From assembly GCA_042570925.1 (NCBI GenBank), contig JBHPFX010000005.1, positions 4,969 through 68,968 of the forward strand: a DNA stretch of 64,000 nucleotides, read 5' to 3'. The position numbers and the translations under genes were made by a program. Below the pieces are notes generated by a model. It was given only the letters and a program-made list of their open reading frames with translations. It was not told the DNA's origin and did no database searches. The DNA is from Patescibacteria group bacterium. Lineage in GTDB: Bacteria; Patescibacteriota; Patescibacteriia; UBA10025. Of this stretch, positions 59,240-64,000 are shown piece by piece; position 1 is the first letter of the stretch; each line of letters begins with the position of its first letter.

Positions 59240-62070
59240 GTATCAATTTTTATACATACCTGCCCACGTTATTAATTTCTCTTTTCTTAGTATTTTTAAT
59301 ATTAAAGAGAAGTCATACCAACTTTAGAAATATAATTTTTGCTTTTTTAGTTTCTAGTATTTCGGTTTGGACAGCGACTCTGCTAGTAACTGATACAACT
59401 GAAAGTCCAAAAATTGCTCTTATATTTGGAAGAATGGCGATAATTGGTCCCGCATTTATTCCATTTTTGTTATTACTTTTTAGTCAAAACTTTCCTAGCA
59501 TATCAAGAAAGAAATTCCGAACTTACCTATTATATTTCATTCCTGTTGTTATTCTGCTTGTTTTGGTGCCAACTAAATTTAATATTGAGAGCGTAATTAT
59601 TCATAGTTGGGGTGCCGAAACTATTCCAGGTGTAGCATACTATTTCTTTGATTTGTACTTTCTGATCTATACTTTTTTTGCATTAAAGAGTTTATTTATA
59701 TCCTTTAAACGTGGATCGGGATTAATAAGAGAACAGGCCAAGTACCTGTTTATAGGTATTCTAATATCTGCATTAATTAGTATTCTTACGAATGCAATTC
59801 TGCCTCTAATAGGAGTTATTAGTCTAAGTGTGATTGGCCCGCCGTCAGCACTATTGTTTATAGGTTTTACTGCCTATGCAATTACAAAGCATCGCCTTCT
59901 CGATATCCGGCTCATCATTCTCCGAACGATCACCTATTCTCTCCTTGTAATAATTATTTCATCATCAGTTGTCGGACTAGCTATTTATCTTCCGCAGCAG
60001 CTTGAAGCGTCTTTGATCACGAAGTCTTTGATCGCCATCGGTATTTCGATATTCATAGTGTTAATTGTTACTCCATTAAGAGGATGGATCGCTAATGCTA
60101 CCGACAAACTACTGTATAAGAAGCGCATAGATTATTTAAGGGTTCAGTCGGATCTTACAAACATCATCAACCGCGAAATTGATCTGGATAAGCTCGTCAC
60201 ACAAACGGAGAAGGAGCTCACGGATAAACTTAAGATAAATAAAGTAGCTATCTATGTGGCGGCTACCTCCCGTGGAGACTTTTTTATCCGGGGAGAACAG
60301 GAACACATCAGAAGATTTATTAAGCGTTCCAGCAGCCTTTTTACCTATCTGGCAAAATCAAAACAGGTAATTGTACTTGAAGGCCTCGAAAGAAAAATAG
60401 AGGATACATCTTTAGAAAACGAAAGAAGATCTCTTGAACAGTCAAAAGAGGAGCTGGATTCGCTTGATGCGTCGATAGTGGCGCCAGTATTCATAGAAGA
60501 AAACATTAATGCCGTGTTGGTACTGGGCAGGAAGCTCTCCGGAGACCCGTTCGGCGACGAGGACATCAATCTTCTGGAGCTCTTGGGGCCGCAGCTTGCG
60601 TCGGCTATCGTGAAATCCCAGCTGTACGATGAGATAAAACAGTTTACCGTCAAACTGCAGAAGGAAATTGATATTGCCACCCATGATCTTCAGACAACAA
60701 ACGAGCAAATGCAGGAGCGAAACCGTTTTCTTTCAGCAATACAGACTGTGACAACACTAATTACCGGAACCCTTGATCTCCAGAAAGTCACACAGGATAT
60801 TGCTGATTCAATTGCTACTGAGATGAATTATCTCGGTGGCGTGGTGCTTTTCCTGGGAAAAGACCGGCGTAAAGTGTTTCCTGAGGCCATGACGCAGAAA
60901 GGCATGACGAAGAAAGTTCTAAAATTACTTCCCAAACCTATTTCAGAGTATTGGGGTCGGTACGATAAGGACGATACGCTCACTATTCGGGCAATTAGGT
61001 CGGGAGCTGAAGAAGTGGGTGATCGGTTGTGTGAATTTGTTTCGCCGCCTGTTCCAAAGGAAATATGTGAAACTATTCAGCGCGAAATCGGCATCAAGGG
61101 GGTAATCGCAGTTCCTATCAGATCTGAGAATGAATATGTAGGTGCAATCGTGTATGTGCTTGATAAGAAGACAAAAAATCTTAAACGCGTTGATTTCCAG
61201 ATGATGCGGGCCCTGGCAAATCAGACGGGTATCATGTATAAGAATATCGAACTGTATCGTCAGCTTCAGGAAACAAATAAGAAAATTGAAGAAGCAAACA
61301 AACACTTGCAGCAGCTCGATCAGGCAAAATCAGAATTTGTTTCCATCGCGTCTCACCAGCTCCGTACCCCAATGACAGGCATCAAGGGGTATCTCTCAAT
61401 GATGGTAGGGGGTGACTTTGGAAAGATTAAAAAAGAACAGAAAGAAATCCTGCAAAATCTTTTGAATGAATCAAATAGGATGATCCGTTTGATCGGGGTA
61501 TTTCTCAATGTGTCAAAAATTGAATCAGGCAAACTGCAGCTTAAGAAATCTACCGGACGAATTGAAAACATAATTGAAAAAGCTATAGAGGTGTTATCAC
61601 GGCAGGCGGAGAGCAAAAAACTAAAACTCAAGTTTGAAAAGCCAAAGAAAATGCTTCCCGAAGTGATGATGGATAAAGATAAAATTGGCGATGTCGTAAT
61701 GAATCTTATCGATAACGCAATCAAATATACTGACAAAGGAAAGATAACCATCAGTGCCAAGCTTGAGGGTGACATGCTTCATACGTGGGTTGTCGATTCG
61801 GGGATAGGTATTGAACCGCATGAGGCGAAGGAACTTTTTAATAAATTCGTTCGGGGGTACGGTATTGCTCAAATTAATCCTGACGGATCAGGGCTCGGGC
61901 TGTATGTTGCCAGGCGTCTTACCGAAGCGCACGGCGGAAAGATATGGGTAGAAAGTGACGGTAAGGGAAAGGGGAGCAGGTTCCAATTTACATTACCGCT
62001 TAATCCGTCAAAGGATACTGATAAAGCTTTTGAGGAGGAAAAGCTCAAGTACGTACGAGAAAATAGATAG
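59236..62070 (+). CDS. Sensor histidine kinase: polytopic HisKA_7TM-like module, two GAF-like domains, HisKA and HATPase_c
   Basis: '[17 protein letters not shown]', H-box '[14 protein letters not shown]', N-box '[10 protein letters not shown]', and G-boxes 'DSGIGI' and 'GSGLGLYV'. ATGA overlap with the methyltransferase. No receiver domain. Confidence 0.9.
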   Translation: MSINFYTYLPTLLISLFLVFLILKRSHTNFRNIIFAFLVSSISVWTATLLVTDTTESPKIALIFGRMAIIGPAFIPFLLLLFSQNFPSISRKKFRTYLLYFIPVVILLVLVPTKFNIESVIIHSWGAETIPGVAYYFFDLYFLIYTFFALKSLFISFKRGSGLIREQAKYLFIGILISALISILTNAILPLIGVISLSVIGPPSALLFIGFTAYAITKHRLLDIRLIILRTITYSLLVIIISSSVVGLAIYLPQQLEASLITKSLIAIGISIFIVLIVTPLRGWIANATDKLLYKKRIDYLRVQSDLTNIINREIDLDKLVTQTEKELTDKLKINKVAIYVAATSRGDFFIRGEQEHIRRFIKRSSSLFTYLAKSKQVIVLEGLERKIEDTSLENERRSLEQSKEELDSLDASIVAPVFIEENINAVLVLGRKLSGDPFGDEDINLLELLGPQLASAIVKSQLYDEIKQFTVKLQKEIDIATHDLQTTNEQMQERNRFLSAIQTVTTLITGTLDLQKVTQDIADSIATEMNYLGGVVLFLGKDRRKVFPEAMTQKGMTKKVLKLLPKPISEYWGRYDKDDTLTIRAIRSGAEEVGDRLCEFVSPPVPKEICETIQREIGIKGVIAVPIRSENEYVGAIVYVLDKKTKNLKRVDFQMMRALANQTGIMYKNIELYRQLQETNKKIEEANKHLQQLDQAKSEFVSIASHQLRTPMTGIKGYLSMMVGGDFGKIKKEQKEILQNLLNESNRMIRLIGVFLNVSKIESGKLQLKKSTGRIENIIEKAIEVLSRQAESKKLKLKFEKPKKMLPEVMMDKDKIGDVVMNLIDNAIKYTDKGKITISAKLEGDMLHTWVVDSGIGIEPHEAKELFNKFVRGYGIAQINPDGSGLGLYVARRLTEAHGGKIWVESDGKGKGSRFQFTLPLNPSKDTDKAFEEEKLKYVRENR

Positions 62071-62261
62071 TTATCACAACATAAATGATTCCCCCACACG
62101 GCAGGTCGCGTGGGGGAATTGAAGTGCAGCCGTAGGTTTGGCTGTGGCACTCCCGCTCGCCGGAGCAGAAATATGCTTTTGCGTTGTTAGTAGTGGTGTA
62201 AGTATGAGCGTGAGTTTGTTTGATATAAGTATACACCCGCCTCACATGGCCGTGAAGACCG

Positions 62262-62338
62262 CTGTAATTGGAAAAAGAAACAACTATCGTGGGCCGATAG
62301 TTGTTTCTTTAGCGAAGAGGCATTATTTGCCCATCGCA
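62262..62338 (-). ncRNA. Candidate small RNA of about 70 nt
   Basis: A minus-strand TTGACA-N16-TACCAT promoter (62345..62372) is followed by a 14-16-bp perfect stem (62276..62289 / 62295..62308) and a U-run on the minus strand only. Confidence 0.3.
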
Positions 62339-62382
62339 TAAAATATGGTACTATATCCCTGATACTTGTCAAGAGGAATCCT

Positions 62383-62982
62383 ATGAAACACACAGGCAAA
62401 CATACAAAGAAAAAAGCAGGAAAACCTGCACAAACCCACAAAGAAAAAAAACACACAAAGCCCCAGGATTTTAGGCAGTTTCGAATTATCGCACTCATTA
62501 TTTTAGTGTTGATAGTGGGATATGCGGTGTATAATTACTCAACCCAAGAGGAGGAGACTGACAATATTCGTTACACGACTGTCCCGCACCGGACGATTTT
62601 TGATACATCATCGTGGGATGCGTATGAGAATGAAATTTATGGGTTCACGTTTAAAATTCCTGCTGAATGGGAGGGATATATGGAAACACGGGCAACGCAG
62701 TTGGTTGAAAAGGATGGCGAATCCACATGGAGCTATAACTTTTTTCACTATGAGTATCCAAAAAAGCTTACCGAAGATGTCACGGATGAGACTGGAATCG
62801 CTTTTTTTGAGATTGGTGTTTTTAGTCCAACAAACTGGGATAAGGTAAAAAGTGAGTGGACGTTATTAGGATCAGAAAATAATGTATTTTTTGGCGGTCG
62901 GACAAGCAATGAAGATTTTTCTACAGGGCTCACCGATCGGTTTGCTGAAATCGAAGGAATCTTCCAGTCATTTGAGTTATAG
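62383..62982 (+). CDS. Membrane-anchored hypothetical protein with Lys/His-rich N-terminus
   Basis: 'KHTKKKAGKPAQTHKEKKHTKP' followed by TM helix 'IIALIILVLIVGYAVY'. A terminator lies at 63013..63037. Confidence 0.6.
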   Translation: MKHTGKHTKKKAGKPAQTHKEKKHTKPQDFRQFRIIALIILVLIVGYAVYNYSTQEEETDNIRYTTVPHRTIFDTSSWDAYENEIYGFTFKIPAEWEGYMETRATQLVEKDGESTWSYNFFHYEYPKKLTEDVTDETGIAFFEIGVFSPTNWDKVKSEWTLLGSENNVFFGGRTSNEDFSTGLTDRFAEIEGIFQSFEL

Positions 62983-63012
62983 GTACATACACGAACAATG
63001 TCGGTATGACAG

Positions 63013-63037
63013 CTCCGAAATCAGATCGGGGTTTTTT
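63013..63037 (+). terminator. Intrinsic terminator after the gene at 62383..62982
   Basis: 'ctccga-aatcaga-tcgggg' followed by T6. Confidence 0.6.
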
Positions 63038-63069
63038 CTTAATGGTATTTGTTATACAATACAGGTAGT

Positions 63070-63615
63070 ATGCTGAGACTGAATAAAGATCAGATGACAA
63101 GACCGGGACGCCGCTTTGTGGCGGGTTTTGTGGACCATTTTCCGATTATGTTCCTAATACTAAACTATTTCATTGCCTGGGTGATTCATCTAATTACCGA
63201 TACTCCTATCAAGTTTGAATCCCTGCCTGCAGCTGACATCCCAGGCGCTTTACCCGTTGTCTGGTGGTTTATTGGATTCTGGGCGATTGCCAGCCTTTCT
63301 GTGTATCCGATTATGGTGATAACGAATGTAATTCTCCTGAGATACACACGGGCAAGCATCGGGAAGCATTTATTAGCTTTAACTGTCGTTCGCAAAGACG
63401 AAGTGGAAATGAATTTTAAACAAGTGCTGCTCCGAGAAGTAGTCGGGAAATTCCTTGCAGCAATTCCACTTGGTTTCGGGTTTTTGGGAATTCTATTTGA
63501 TGAACATCGTCAGACACTGTATGACAAGATGGTGCATACATACGTATTTCCAAGGGAATATATGAAGCCTTCGGGAAGCCCGACCAGAGTTCATGGTGAA
63601 AATATCGTTGGCTGA
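63070..63615 (+). CDS. RDD family membrane protein
   Basis: 'RRFVAGFVDHFPIMF' and C-terminal 'RQTLYDKMVHTYV' are RDD-domain hallmarks. The alternative TTG start is at 63049. Confidence 0.7.
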   Translation: MLRLNKDQMTRPGRRFVAGFVDHFPIMFLILNYFIAWVIHLITDTPIKFESLPAADIPGALPVVWWFIGFWAIASLSVYPIMVITNVILLRYTRASIGKHLLALTVVRKDEVEMNFKQVLLREVVGKFLAAIPLGFGFLGILFDEHRQTLYDKMVHTYVFPREYMKPSGSPTRVHGENIVG

Positions 63616-63646
63616 AAGCCCTTGAGGAAGTTAGAAGCTCCAGAGT

Positions 63647-63674
63647 TTGAAAATTGAGTAAAAAGTGGTATACT
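63647..63674 (+). promoter_or_regulatory. Promoter TTGAAA-N16-TATACT (TGn-extended)
   Basis: Read directly from the sequence, upstream of the CDS at 63714. Confidence 0.5.
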
Positions 63675-63713
63675 GAAGGGAGAAATAAGTCTCCTTTGTT
63701 ATAATATACACTT

Positions 63714-64000
63714 ATGAGCACGAATATTATATGGGTCATCGCCGCTTTCTTTTTTGTGGCGTTTGTTGTTGTTCTCGTCCTTCTTGTTCGCGGACGTAAA
63801 CACGATATTGATATTTCAGTAGGTGAAAAGCTTGGGATTATCCCGGAGCCGGGTAGCCGTCCTAAATTGCAGATCAAGTGCACGTTTACGAATAAAAAGG
63901 GTAGCCCAATCATTGAAAAGATACAGCTGGTGCTCAATAGTGATTCTCAGCTGGTTGCTCATCAGTTTATTCAGGACTTTGGCAGCGCCTATGTAGGAGC
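63714..64000 (+). CDS. Membrane-anchored hypothetical protein, 3' end outside window
   Basis: Hand translation gives MSTNIIWVIAAFFFVAFVVVLVLLVRGRKHD..., open to the window end. A TTGAAA-N16-TATACT promoter lies upstream. This call displaces the antisense ORF 63416..63937. Confidence 0.5.
   Translation, partial: MSTNIIWVIAAFFFVAFVVVLVLLVRGRKHDIDISVGEKLGIIPEPGSRPKLQIKCTFTNKKGSPIIEKIQLVLNSDSQLVAHQFIQDFGSAYVG

Noticed and set aside
63416-63937. 173-aa minus-strand ORF.
   Set aside because: It overlaps the 3' end of the RDD gene and a well-supported plus-strand gene starting at 63714, which has a promoter and a TM helix. Its translation is Arg/Thr/Lys-rich with no features.

Overview
This 64-kb window is AT-rich and tightly packed. 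Most genes lack a Shine-Dalgarno sequence and sit behind near-consensus TTGACA -35 boxes. The gene content suggests a small-genome Candidate Phyla Radiation / Patescibacteria-like bacterium using the standard genetic code; that placement is inference only. I found no rRNA, tRNA, CRISPR array, transposase or integrase.

Layout:
- 1-8.3 kb: envelope genes. These include a divergent-PAP2 gene and uppP placed back to back, an Ig-like surface protein, and a CAP-domain protein co-transcribed with an orphan receiver protein.
- 8.6-20.8 kb: three giant secreted proteins (608, 1130 and 2211 aa) with LPV[T/K]G sorting signals, Cys-rich CGDG repeats, DUF11-like modules and near-identical internal and paralogous repeats.
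- 21.4-27.7 kb: a type IV pilus operon with pilB, pilC and four minor pilins.
- 28-35.6 kb: housekeeping genes (pcm, manC-like, mltG, pyrH, rplJ, rplL), interrupted by a GC-richer gap island whose genes carry Shine-Dalgarno sequences.
- 38-41 kb: tsaB-like, dinB and lexA. dinB and lexA share a direct-repeat operator candidate.
- 42.7-48.4 kb: a remodelled dcw cluster (mraZ, rsmH, ftsL, ftsI, an unknown membrane gene, murF).
- 49-52.3 kb: a second GC-richer island with Shine-Dalgarno-led genes (two tandem zinc-finger anti-sigma-like mini-proteins, yjbQ, and a lytic transglycosylase).
- 52.4-62.1 kb: the most unusual locus. It holds a catalytically divergent asparaginase homologue, a nucleoside-deoxyribosyltransferase-like/RHH fusion, and two kinase-less polytopic GAF sensor proteins. 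These are followed by an operon encoding a LuxI/FeeM-like N-acyl synthase, a SAM methyltransferase and a paralogous polytopic GAF-GAF histidine kinase. I read this as a candidate acyl-signal production and sensing system.

All functional calls come from motif recognition by eye. No database search was run.
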